Source: Octopus bimaculoides (lineage: Eukaryota). Taken from it: a stretch of 64,000 bases of DNA. Location of the stretch: the NCBI RefSeq assembly GCF_001194135.2, contig NC_068983.1:147469946-147533945 (forward strand), written 5' to 3'. The notes beneath the pieces were generated by a model, which worked only from the letters and a program-made list of their open reading frames with translations, was not told the DNA's origin and made no database searches. This document shows positions 13,910 through 25,862 of this stretch, piece by piece (the stretch's first letter is position 1; each line of letters starts with the position of its first letter). The translations under genes and the position numbers were made by a program.

Positions 13910-14575
13910 NNNNNNNNNNNNNNNNNNNNNNNNNNNNNNNNNNNNNNNNNNNNNNNNNNNNNNNNNNNNNNNNNNNNNNNNNNNNNNNNNNNNNNNNNNN
14001 NNNNNNNNNNNNNNNNNNNNNNNNNNNNNNNNNNNNNNNNNNNNNNNNNNNNNNNNNNNNNNNNNNNNNNNNNNNNNNNNNNNNNNNNNNNNNNNNNNNN
14101 NNNNNNNNNNNNNNNNNNNNNNNNNNNNNNNNNNNNNNNNNNNNNNNNNNNNNNNNNNNNNNNNNNNNNNNNNNNNNNNNNNNNNNNNNNNNNNNNNNNN
14201 NNNNNNNNNNNNNNNNNNNNNNNNNNNNNNNNNNNNNNNNNNNNNNNNNNNNNNNNNNNNNNNNNNNNNNNNNNNNNNNNNNNNNNNNNNNNNNNNNNNN
14301 NNNNNNNNNNNNNNNNNNNNNNNNNNNNNNNNNNNNNNNNNNNNNNNNNNNNNNNNNNNNNNNNNNNNNNNNNNNNNNNNNNNNNNNNNNNNNNNNNNNN
14401 NNNNNNNNNNNNNNNNNNNNNNNNNNNNNNNNNNNNNNNNNNNNNNNNNNNNNNNNNNNNNNNNNNNAGAGAGTAAATATAAAAAAACAAATGTGTGTGT
14501 TTTTTCTGTGTGTGTGCATATTTAGATGCACAATCTTGTCTCTTATTGTTGCGGGTTTTGAATTAAAGCAAAGCC

Positions 14576-14608
<33 letters not shown>

Positions 14609-14646
14609 TCAACAACAACAGCAGCAACAACAACAACAACAACAAC

Positions 14647-14677
<31 letters not shown>

Positions 14678-14679
14678 TA

Positions 14680-14830
14680 AAGTTAGAAAATCATTGCTTG
14701 GAATTGCAAGAGTACTCTACAGGGTTCTTGAAGCAAGATCCGTAAGCAAGCGTCACCTTAGTCTGCTGACTGTGTACAGCTATTTTCCATCATACTCAAC
14801 AAAATAAGTCATTCGTAAGCGAGTGTGACA
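14680..14830 (+). mobile_element. R4/Dong-type LINE 3' end fragment after (AAT)n
   Basis: CATTGCTTGGAATTGCAAGAGTACTCTACAGGGTTCTTGAAGC...CACCTTAGTCTGCTG matches the ORF end and 3' UTR at 49750-49835. Confidence 0.75.
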
Positions 14831-15604
14831 TGATAGCTTGCATAATGCTTTCACTAATTGTTTTAGGTGTCTATGAAGACCTAGTAGAGCATTGAGGATG
14901 TGATAGATTGAATAAGAAACACTACCTCAGCGTTAGGCTGGTACGCATTTTCAGTGGAGTAAACGGCAACAACGTGAAACAAAATTACTTGCTGGAAAAC
15001 ATGATTGTTATTCCAATGATTTAATCACTAGGTTAAGCTTACAACCAAAAAAACAATATGGCATATAAGCAAAGAGAACGATAGAAAATAAATTAATGAT
15101 CTCGTACTTGTTAATGCGATCAACATAAATGTATATAAGAAATACAAACAAATACTATTTAAATACGACATTAAAAAGAAGTACCAGAAATCAAAGAACG
15201 TGTAAAACAAGAGAACCTCGCTCAATCTCAAAGCATCAGTCGTTATGAAACACAACAACGATTCTTTGAACAAAATAATCAGTTCTAATCAAAACCAAAC
15301 GAATTTATGAAGAACTACGTAAAAATATAACAGAAATGAATACAAAATTCCAGCAGTAAGAGTAGAAGGATTTTAGGGGAGTGTTTGAGAAGGGAAGAAT
15401 TACTGCAACCAATAATCTGCTAAACAACAAATGCAGCACCTGACCAACTGGGGGAAGCAATAGCAATACAGGATGTAATAGATGCTACAAAAACAAGCAT
15501 AAAAAATGATAACGTTCCAGATTTCTAGTTGATATATTCAAGTAGTACAAGGAAGAAAGAACATCAGAATGTCATACCTAGAATAAGACCTTAAGACTAA
15601 ACAA

Positions 15605-15815
15605 AAGTCGGTGAGCTGGCGGAATTACAAGCGTGTCAGACAAATTATGGAGCAGCATTTCCTCCGGCCTTTTATGTTCTGAGTTCAAATGCCACGGAGG
15701 TCGACTTTTCCTGTTTTCGATATCAATAACATAAGTTCCACTTGAGTACCGGGGCCGATTTAATCGGTTTCCCTTTCCCCTCAAATCTATTGGTCTTGTA
15801 CCAACGTCAGAAACA
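15605..15815 (+). mobile_element. SINE (GAGCTGGC...GAGTTCAAAT...GGTCGACTTT family)
   Basis: Has a B-box-like GAGTTCAAAT. Related copies lie at about 9998-10100, 21823-21995, 38085-38220, 47828-47945 (-), 54228-54440 and 59755-59960. Confidence 0.75.
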
Positions 15816-16239
15816 ATCTTTAGACTAAAAATAGATACTAAAACCTACATACTTATAACCTGCGTGCTTGCAGTGAACAAACAGTTACTACAAAGAATAA
15901 ATGCATACTTAGAAAATTATTTGCAGAAAAACAGAAGGAATGCAGCAAAGGATCGTGCTGCATGTTTGTAAATATGAATTACTGACCGACCCGACTCTCA
16001 CCGAAAACAGTATTTGATAAAGGACGGTATGAGTGTGGTAGAGATAGAGCTTTCAGAGAGATTTTATTACTGTCTCTGTAGATTCTGGAAACTTCATCCT
16101 CAAGTAAGATTGCATGAATAACAAACAGATACTAAGACCAAATTATGAATAAATAATAAAAGAATTTTACAGACACAGACAAAAGTAAGGATTATAAAGA
16201 ATGTAAAATGTTTAGAAGAGAAATAAGGGATTGCTTTTT

Positions 16240-16381
16240 TTTTTCACGCCTTTTTCACGCCTTTTTCACGCCTTTTTCACGCCTTTTTCACGCCTTTTTC
16301 ACGCCTTTTTCACGCCTTTTTCACGCCTTTTTCACGCCTTTTTCACGCCTTTTTCATGCCTTTTTCACGCCTTTTTCACGC
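16240..16381. repeat. Minisatellite: 13 tandem copies of the 11-mer TTTTTCACGCC
   Basis: Counted by hand. One copy is TTTTTCATGCC (16350-16360); the last copy is truncated and runs into ATTAAC. Confidence 0.97.
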
Positions 16382-16699
16382 ATTAACACTTTAACCAGTA
16401 TGATAATCCACACTGAACTCAAATGCAAATGCTAAGAGAACGAGCTAAAGATCTGCAGTATATGGGTGACCTGAAGCTGTACATGGGAGATAATAAGCAA
16501 CTGGTACTACTATTAGAGTATATAAATTCAGTAGTATAATCGAGAAAAAATAACACGTCAATGCAACATTAAAAAAGAAAATTTAATAAAAACACATACG
16601 AGTTTAAGAGAATTAGATCCAACATAGACTCACAAATACTTACATTTGCATTACGTACTCAAAGGAAGGAAAAGGTTAGGAAGGAATGAGATATATGAG

Positions 16700-16998
16700 G
16701 TTAATTCTTACACTATTACCCTGGAAACATGGGTATTTCGTCCATAAACCTTAAACAACCCTTGTTCAGGGACCTTCTGAGTGGGTTGGGCTCCTCGACT
16801 TCAAGAAAATTCTGACTGGGCCCCATCTGCAAGGTCATGTTCCGTTTATCTTGATATGAGGTAACCATGTCACGTACATATGGTTGTGATGCATGTGTCT
16901 GGCGTACCGTTATCATTCGGATAGTCATGATCGGTATATTGGGCTTCGTGTATTTGCAGTCCGGTGTCATTTTGATGGCATGTACCGCTCTCTCACTT
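16700..16998 (+). mobile_element. Probable LINE 3' UTR ending in an (AAT)n tail
   Basis: Non-coding, GC-richer segment that follows the RT remnant and ends in CTCTCTCACTT(AAT)n. Confidence 0.45.
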
Positions 16999-17041
16999 AA
17001 TAATAATAATAATTATTATTACAATAGTAATAATAATGATG

Positions 17042-17073
<32 letters not shown>

Positions 17074-17184
17074 GGTGATGATGATGATGATGATGATGAT
17101 GATGGTGATGATGATGGTGATGATGGTGATGATGATGATAATGACGACGACGACGACGACAACAACAACAACAATAATAATAAC

Positions 17185-17580
17185 CACTATAAGTCGTGGC
17201 GACATGATCAGGTAGCGAAAGTGCTACATAGGAAACTGCGAAAAGTAGGGGCTAGAGAGAGGTATGAGCACAAACTGCAGAGAGTGGTGGAGTCAGAGAC
17301 TAGCAAAATCCTCCGGGATTTCCCAATCGAAACAGATCAGGTGCTAGACCATAACAGACCGGACCTAGTGGTGGTGGTGGAAAAGGTGCACCATATATGC
17401 TATATAGTTGAAATTGCATGCCCCTTTAACCCACGAATCATCAAGAATGAAAGCGAAAATATAGATAAATACAATTCTCTTAAGCACGAAATAGCCTGCC
17501 TATGGAAAATGAAGAAGGTGAAAATAGTGCTAATTATTGTTGGGACCATTTACAAACTCAGTAAACCCTTGGAATGGTAG
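17185..17580 (+). mobile_element. R4/Dong-type LINE fragment, restriction-like endonuclease region
   Basis: WRHDQVAKVLHRKL...KILRDFPIETDQVLDHNRPDLVVV...CYIVEIACPF...KYNSLKHEIACLWKM is a PD-(D/E)xK RLE pattern, nearly collinear with 48230-48670. Confidence 0.9.
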
Positions 17581-18020
17581 AGCTATTAATTGCACTGCTA
17601 CTTCAAGATAAACTCTACAAACATGGAAGCTCTAATAGCTAGACTTCTCTAAGAATCTTGCAGGGTAACCAAAACAATCGTGCAGGTACTCATTTACTAT
17701 CATACATTGTTGACTGGTTGAGTCATGACAAATAGCTGCTGTTGTATGTAGGAAAAATTTGGATATTAATCGTGTCCATGGTAAGATATTAACCGTGTCC
17801 ATTGCCCAATAGTCTTTCTTTAACCTGGAAAGAAGGAGAGTTTTTCTGTCTGGTAACCATGGAAAAGAGATTGTATGATGGACATAATTAAAAGGACTAA
17901 GGATAAATGCTTATCTCTTTGACCAAGCTCATCAATTATAGTAGAAAGTATTTTCTACTATAGCCCTGGGTCGAGAAATGCCTTATGAGTAAATTTTGAG
18001 AAACAGTATCGAAGCTCATC

Positions 18021-18050
<30 letters not shown>

Positions 18051-18053
<3 letters not shown>

Positions 18054-18256
18054 TTCAAAAAAGGAAAAAGAGGAAAAAAACAACAACAAAAAACAACAAC
18101 GTGAGGACGTGATACAGATTGTGTTACTAGACGATCGGGAAAGGAAAGAGAGAGAGAGTATGACGTTTCGAGCGGAGCTCTTCGTCGGAAACAAGGAAAG
18201 TCCAAAGAAGGGAAAAACAGAGGAAGAAAAAATCGCCACCGATGTCCACGAGGTTA

Positions 18257-18261
<5 letters not shown>
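18051..18261 (-). mobile_element. Penelope-pLTR-like fragment between two (TA)n tracts, with a degenerate hammerhead motif at 18158-18192
   Basis: Minus strand: GTTT-CCGACGA-A-GAGC-TCC-GCTC-GAAAC-GTC-ATAC. Confidence 0.6.
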
Positions 18262-18298
<37 letters not shown>

Positions 18299-18300
18299 AT

Positions 18301-18644
18301 ATTTATATAAGGGCATTACTATATAGCAATGCCTCACGCTTAGAGGGACTAAATAAGTCAAAAATACCCAAAAATAAGCACATATTTAACCTCCTAAAAA
18401 CATTTAACTTAACGGCAAACCACTGGTTTCATAATTAATGCAGCAATGTAGTAAGCATCTTTTATTCATTGCATTAATTATGAAACCAGTGGTTTGCCGT
18501 TAAGTTAAATGTTTTTAGGAGGTTAATTTTTGAAAATTGCATTCCGTCGCTTTCGGTAAATATGTGCTTATTTTTTGGTAGTTTTGACTTATTTAGTCCC
18601 TCTAAGCGTGAGACATTGCTATATAGTAATGCCCTTATATAAAT
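18301..18644. mobile_element. MITE-like fold-back element in a TA context
   Basis: ATTTATATAAGGGCATTACTATATAGCAATG... pairs with ...CATTGCTATATAGTAATGCCCTTATATAAAT. The arms match almost to the centre. Confidence 0.85.
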
Positions 18645-18985
18645 TATATATATTTATGGAAAAAAACGATGGGTTTTTTTCCTTATGGGGTTTTTTCACG
18701 CTGACTACTTGATAAATTCTTATAAAGATTTTATCCTAAACAGTTTAATAGCTGAAATAAGTAAAAATATATGTATGCGTGTCTCTTTGTATTGGTGCTT
18801 CTTAGTTTTTCTCTCACCACCCATCACTTGTCCACATAATATAGCTCCAGACTTTAAAACAAATAAGTCGATCTGTCTAACTAAAATCCTTCAAGGTGGC
18901 GCTCCATCCACAATCGCGGTCCAGCGACCGAAACAAGTAAAAGATAATAGAAGAGGAAGAACAGGAGTAGAAAGAAAGAAAGAAA

Positions 18986-19047
18986 GAAGAAGAAGAAGAA
19001 GAAGAAGAAGAAGAAGAAGAAGAAGAAGAAGAAGAAGAAGAAGAAGA
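18986..19047. repeat. (AAG)n microsatellite
   Basis: Visible run. Confidence 0.95.
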
Positions 19048-19584
19048 AATGCATGAGGTAGCAGAAGAAAGCCGTTCGTGAAAGAGGATAAGAAGAAGAA
19101 ATAGAAAGGCAATAAAAAGAGAAAGTATTCGCAACATTCAGAGAAAAGTATTTATGCTAATATTATTCTGCTTACGTCATTAAGTGAGAAAAGGTTTCCA
19201 TTTGTTTACTTGTATATTTGTTTGTATATTTGTTTGTTCTGTAGAAAGCTTAGAAACGGTTAAATAGGCCCTTTCTTTTCATTAACATTTCCAGAAGAAA
19301 GGAAACAAAAGAAAATCCTTATTAATTCTGAAGACCTCCATTCGCTGTAGCAGATCAATTGAAATACAGAAGGAAAGCTGATGCCAGTTAGCTGCCGTCA
19401 CTATTATTATTTATGAGATTCTACAGTGCTGCATACACACCTCTATCTCTATCTACCTACTTTAGCACCGCTTAGAACTTCCGGTCTCATTTATCATCAT
19501 CATCCGCATTGAAAAAGTTTTTGTTACAGTCGTTGTTGAAATTCGACTTATTTCTATGCCTTTTGGTTAACATCTCTTTCTCCA

Positions 19585-19653
<69 letters not shown>

Positions 19654-20026
19654 NNNNNNNNNNNNNNNNNNNNNNNNNNNNNNNNNNNNNNNNNNNNNNN
19701 NNNNNNNNNNNNNNNNNNNNNNNNNNNNNNNNNNNNNNNNNNNNNNNNNNNNNNNNNNNNNNNNNNNNNNNNNNNNNNNNNNNNNNNNNNNNNNNNNNNN
19801 NNNNNNNNNNNNNNNNNNNNNNNNNNNNNNNNNNNNNNNNNNNNNNNNNNNNNNNNNNNNNNNNNNNNNNNNNNNNNNNNNNNNNNNNNNNNNNNNNNNN
19901 NNNNNNNNNNNNNNNNNNNNNNNNNNNNNNNNNNNNNNNNNNNNNNNNNNNNNNNNNNNNNNNNNNNNNNNNNNNNNNNNNNNNNNNNNNNNNNNNNNNN
20001 NNNNNNNNNNNNNNNNNNNNNNNNNN

Positions 20027-20063
<37 letters not shown>

Positions 20064-20064
20064 G

Positions 20065-20095
<31 letters not shown>

Positions 20096-20489
20096 GCATT
20101 TATGTATATATATATATGGCACATATTTGTGTGTGTGTGCATGTGTGAATGATGTACACAGGCGGGCGCACACACACAAGCGCGCGCGATTTATTCCGTT
20201 TTCTTTCATTTTAGTGATGAGTAAATTAGGATTCATCGGTAAATATGTGCTTAGATCTTTCAGAAAAAAAAAGAAAAAAAAAGAGAAAACGAAAACTACA
20301 GAGAAGTTAACAGAATGATGCACTGATACGCTTAGAGAACGTGAACATTAAGTAAATATGACTTGTCATAACTAGTACTATACTACATATCCTGAGATAA
20401 CGTAAACTTCTATACTTAGCATAGTTTGAAAATAATCACACGCATTTTCTTATGCTTTTTGTTCATGCTGTTTTTGTTGCTGTTTCGAT

Positions 20490-20534
<45 letters not shown>

Positions 20535-21379
20535 CTTCTTCTTCTTCTTCTTCTTCTTCTTCTTCTTCTTCTTCTTCTTCTTCTTCTCATTATTATTATT
20601 ATTATTCAGTAGTTTNNNNNNNNNNNNNNNNNNNNNNNNNNNNNNNNNNNNNNNNNNNNNNNNNNNNNNNNNNNNNNNNNNNNNNNNNNNNNNNNNNNNN
20701 NNNNNNNNNNNNNNNNNNNNNNNNNNNNNNNNNNNNNNNNNNNNNNNNNNNNNNNNNNNNNNNNNNNNNNNNNNNNNNNNNNNNNNNNNNNNNNNNNNNN
20801 NNNNNNNNNNNNNNNNNNNNNNNNNNNNNNNNNNNNNNNNNNNNNNNNNNNNNNNNNNNNNNNNNNNNNNNNNNNNNNNNNNNNNNNNNNNNNNNNNNNN
20901 NNNNNNNNNNNNNNNNNNNNNNNNNNNNNNNNNNNNNNNNNNNNNNNNNNNNNNNNNNNNNNNNNNNNNNNNNNNNNNNNNNNNNNNNNNNNNNNNNNNN
21001 NNNNNNNNNNNNNNNNNNNNNNNNNNNNNNNNNNNNNNNNNNNNNNNNNNNNNNNNNNNNNNNNNNNNNNNNNNNNNNNNNNNNNNNNNNNNNNNNNNNN
21101 NNNNNNNNNNNNNNNNNNNNNNNNNNNNNNNNNNNNNNNNNNNNNNNNNNNNNNNNNNNNNNNNNNNNNNNNNNNNNNNNNNNNNNNNNNNNNNNNNNNN
21201 NNNNNNNNNNNNNNNNNNNNNNNNNNNNNNNNNNNNNNNNNNNNNNNNNNNNNNNNNNNNNNNNNNNNNNNNNNNNNNNNNNNNNNNNNNNNNNNNNNNN
21301 NNNNNNNNNNNNNNNNNNNNNNNNNNNNNNNNNNNNNNNNNNNNNNNNNNNNNNNNNNNNNNNNNNNNNNNNNNNNNNN

Positions 21380-21740
21380 GAGTCCTGAGCTTCTCAACCA
21401 TTGCTGGGATTTTTCTCTGTCTATTTCTTTTGCATTTAGTTTAGCCCAGTATTTACCATGTAGGGGCTTTTCTTGCCATCGTTTTATCATGGTCCTTTGC
21501 TGTTCTAGTTTTAGTTTGGATTTCATTTGTTTTATAGCTTTTGTCGTTTCTTCTTTTTCTTCTTCGTATTTGTTTGGTAGTATGATTTCTTGTTTGTATT
21601 TGTCAGCTTCCTTAAATGCTGAAAACAGTTTTTTGTTTTGCCCGTGTTTTGTGGCTATTTGTATTAGTTTTCCTTGCTTCTGGAGTAGGTATTTTGCAGT
21701 CCTATGGTGGTAATTTTATAATAGTTTTCCAGCTGTATAT
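21380..21740 (-). mobile_element. R4/Dong-type LINE fragment
   Basis: Minus strand: KRWQEKPLHGKYWAKLNAKEIDREKSQQWLRSSGL, the WxxKPLHG..WL..GxL motif upstream of the zinc knuckle. It is preceded on this strand by (AAT)n at 21747-21810. Confidence 0.85.
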
Positions 21741-21746
21741 GACCCC

Positions 21747-21812
<66 letters not shown>

Positions 21813-21995
21813 CATCATCATCAAGGCAGCAAGCTGGCAAAATGCTTAGAGTTCTGAGTTCAAATTCCTCCGTGGCCGACTTTGCTTTTCATCCTTTCGG
21901 GGTCGATGAAATAAGTACCAGTTACGCACTGGGGTCAATGTAATCAACTAGATCATTCCCCCAAAATTTCAGGCCTTGTGCCTATAGTAGAAAGG

Positions 21996-22079
<84 letters not shown>

Positions 22080-22084
22080 TACTT

Positions 22085-22500
22085 TTAATCTGCATGTTTG
22101 TTACAATCACTTGCCGAGATATACCCAGCAACCTTGGGTGAGTGAAGGAAAGAGATGTTGCAGTTTGACTGAACGCTTAGAGAGGGGAAGTTGCAGGGGC
22201 AGTGGCGAAATATCTTCATGTGATACAACACAGTCATTCAAATTAATAAGGTTTTCTTAAGAATGTGGGCAGTACTTGTCAGCACAATCGTTTGGAATTC
22301 TCTGAGACATGATTCCCCTGGGATATTACCCTAGATGTTTCTGATATACCTTTTTTATCATGCCTAGGGTACCCACAACAATGGGAACAGTTCTCGCTTT
22401 AAGATGTCAAACACTGCTCGAATACAACACGAACTCCTCAAGAAAGCAGGCGCACTTGACAGAGGAGACCTCTGATTAAAAAGCCTGCCAGCCGTGTGTT
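22085..22500 (-). mobile_element. R4/Dong-type LINE 3' end with an (AAT)n tail
   Basis: Minus strand: TVPIVVGTLGMIKKG, then a frameshifted IVLTSTAHILKK, then a UTR running into (AAT)n at 22080-21998. Confidence 0.65.
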
Positions 22501-24239
22501 TTGGTCTTTCTTTCAGCCACTGTCCATCTAGGACTTTGTTATCTAATCTTCCGTTTACCTAGTCAGGCAATAGGGTAAGATTTGCTACACTTAATTGCAA
22601 ATCGAGTGAATTCGTAGTGATAACTCTCGCTAACTTCAGATTTTGCTTTTCAATAACGCTTGACCGAAATCAAGGTTCATAATCAAAATCATTATTTATG
22701 AAAGTAGTTACGTTTGGCTATTTCATTCTAATAATTTTAAGAAAACACGCTTTGCTCATGTTCTAGAAGCGGTTTTTAAACATTTTATTGTATTTACTCG
22801 GAGTTGAATGAGACATATTTAGATTTTAAGCCCTACTTTTGTGCTCGTTCTGTTTGCATTGTATTCATTTATAATCGGGCAAATAAGAGGACCTATATAT
22901 ATACATGGTCGATCTACCTATTAAAAACGATAACTATATCTCCTTGCAAATCACAACCTACTTTCTTACGAAAGGAAGGGAAAGAGAGGGAATATCATGT
23001 CTGAAACGCTCTTCCTGCATGCAAATATCCACACACCCATCCATCCATCCATCCATCCATCAACTCATATGCGTGTGTGTGTGCGCGCGCAGGCGCAGAG
23101 ACACGCAGGCGCGCGTGTGTGTGTAATGTATGCATCATTTTGCCAGCGTTTGCTATATTTGAGTGCCCAACTCTGTCAAAAATGTGATAGGAAATTAGGC
23201 AAGAGAAACATTAAGTTACATTTAACGACAGCATGTTTAATGAACAATTTAGTCATTATACACGCCTTCATTTTTATGTATTATGCCAACGAAATGTCAC
23301 CCTGGTAGATTTCCAACAGTTTCCATATAGATGTGTATTGCTGTACATCGAAATTACAGCAGGTAGAGAGAAGTGAGGGCAATTGATTTGAAGTGACTCA
23401 CCTGTAAAATCGAACCTGTATTTTATTTGTAGCTTGCTATCAATTTACAGCTCCAGCAAGCTTATCAATGAAACTAACTGAAGCAATTGAGAAAGAGGTA
23501 AAGCGTCATTTACCAAGTCAAGACGCAATATGATTGCAATTCCTGATCGAGATTACTTTACTTCACTTACATGAGTTATATCTTTGCCAAATGTACAAGG
23601 ATCACATTTCATTTTCCTTGCTTTTATTCATTCATTACCTTGCGCTTATATCAGGAATACTAGTTTGTTAATAATTTGACTTGGGGCTGGATTAGTCATA
23701 AAGACATCGAATGAGCTATCCGTGGAGGTGGTCGTTATTCGCATCCACCACGAGGATAATAACAATATTTCACTTTCAAGGGCCTACAGACTGGCAGCAA
23801 TAAATAATGTCATCGCAAGATTACGGTCCACTGATCCCAAACAACGGTATAGGTGTCCCATAATTCAAAAGATACTGTGTTGTTAACTGGAAGAAACTTG
23901 AGTTGTTGAGATTCTTATAACGGTGGAATTTCTCTTTCAATTGCAAGGCACTTGGCAATATAGTATAACGGATAATGCACCAGTCTGACATGGGACCAAG
24001 TCTGCAGAATCTATTTAAACAGTTAGAACACCTAATATAATAAAATGACTTCGAGGAAGCATTGACAGGATCTTCAAAGTCCTGACGTAGAACGGCAGAA
24101 AAAATAATCTCATCTATCAGATATTCTTTTAACTCAATTTTCCGCAAAGTCACAAAAGGGTTACGACGATTATAATAAGATATAACATTTTCGTAGTTGA
24201 TATTTAAAATGTATCAACTGATATTTTATGAATATTAGT

Positions 24240-24241
24240 TG

Positions 24242-24297
<56 letters not shown>

Positions 24298-24482
24298 GTC
24301 TGTCTGTCTGTCTGCCTGCCTGCCTGCCTGCCTGTCTGTCTACTTATCTAGCAGTCTGTCCATCTGTCTATCTGTCTATCTCTCATCTATCATGCATAAC
24401 ACACATATATATTATAATTTATATACACACATACATCTATGCACACACACATATGCACACATATATAAACACATATAAACAC

Positions 24483-24530
<48 letters not shown>

Positions 24531-24665
24531 TGATAGATAGATAAATAGATAGATAGATAGATAGATAGATAGATGGATGGATGGATGGATGGATGGATGG
24601 ATTGGTAGGTAGGTAGGTAAGTTGGTAGGTAGGTGGGTAAGTAGGTAGGTAGGTAGGTAGGTAGA
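24240..24665. repeat. Compound tetranucleotide microsatellites (CTAT, CTGT, GATA, GGAT, GGTA)
   Basis: Visible runs. Confidence 0.9.
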
Positions 24666-25109
24666 TTAACAAATAAATGGATGGCTAAACTAACGATTTG
24701 TATCAAGCTATCTTATGTCCGCACACAGATAAATATAAATCGTACTCATGAAATAATTTACGTCTTATCTTATTCCTGCAAAATATCGTTCCAAGAAACA
24801 CCGCAGGGAGTAATCTTTGCATATATCCGTTTACCTGTATAGTATTTCATTTACTTGTTAATTCTTCAATTGTTCTGTTGTAGAGTGGACATATGTTGCG
24901 GAACAAATCGTACACTTCAAACGCTACGACGCACCTTATTTGGACAAAACTGTTTTCGTTCCTACATCACTAGGAATTTCATATCCTCTATTGCTACCCA
25001 TATATGTGTATATAAGTGCGTGTGTGCGTCTCTGTGTGTGTGTGTGTGTGCGCGTATGTATATATGTGCATGTATGTATAAATATTTCCATGTATGTGTT
25101 TATATGTAC

Positions 25110-25241
<132 letters not shown>

Positions 25242-25819
25242 ATATATTTATATGCGCGCACACACACACATACTTACCTACATGCATAACTATATGTGTA
25301 TATGTGTGTGTGGATATGTGTCTCTCTCTCTCTTTCTGTATGTGCGTGAGAGAGAGAGAGAGAGAGAGAGAGATAGAAAGAGAAAGAGAAAAGGAGAGAG
25401 AAAGGGAATGGGAGAGAGAAAGAGAGAGATTCATCGTCACAGGTAATTTTGATATCATACGCACCAGTGCATAGGGCGTGTGAATACACGATAAACAGAA
25501 GAATTGTCATAAAAAAACAATAGACTAGACTGCTTACATCAAAAGGTTAGCATCAGTCATTTATGAATGTGCAGGGGAGAGCTGGGGGTGGATGGAATAA
25601 TCGTGTGAGGAAGAAATATAAAATAGTGAACTTATGTGAAAAAAATATAACAAAATGTAACAAACGACAGTTTTGTTATTTCTAGACAATACATGAAACA
25701 CACATACATACATACGTACTTACATACAAGCATGCATCACATGCGTGTGTGTGCGTGCGTAGCTTTGTTTTCTTTTATCTTTTACTAGCTTTAGCCAAGG
25801 CCGGCCATGCTGGGGCACC

Positions 25820-25862
<43 letters not shown>

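Larger units (their letters stand above)
15130..16600 (+). mobile_element. Decayed R4/Dong-type reverse transcriptase region, interrupted by a SINE and an 11-bp minisatellite
   Basis: Broken frames retain EIKERVKQENLAQSQSISRYE, LFAEKQKECSKGS (EEQKGCRKGS-like) and LQYMGDLKLY at 16453-16482, a mutated YMDD catalytic motif. Confidence 0.75.

Noticed and set aside
20236-20253. 18-nt exact match TCGGTAAATATGTGCTTA to 18553-18570 in the fold-back element
   Set aside because: The flanks do not align, and one 18-mer match in an AT-rich 64-kb window is near chance level.
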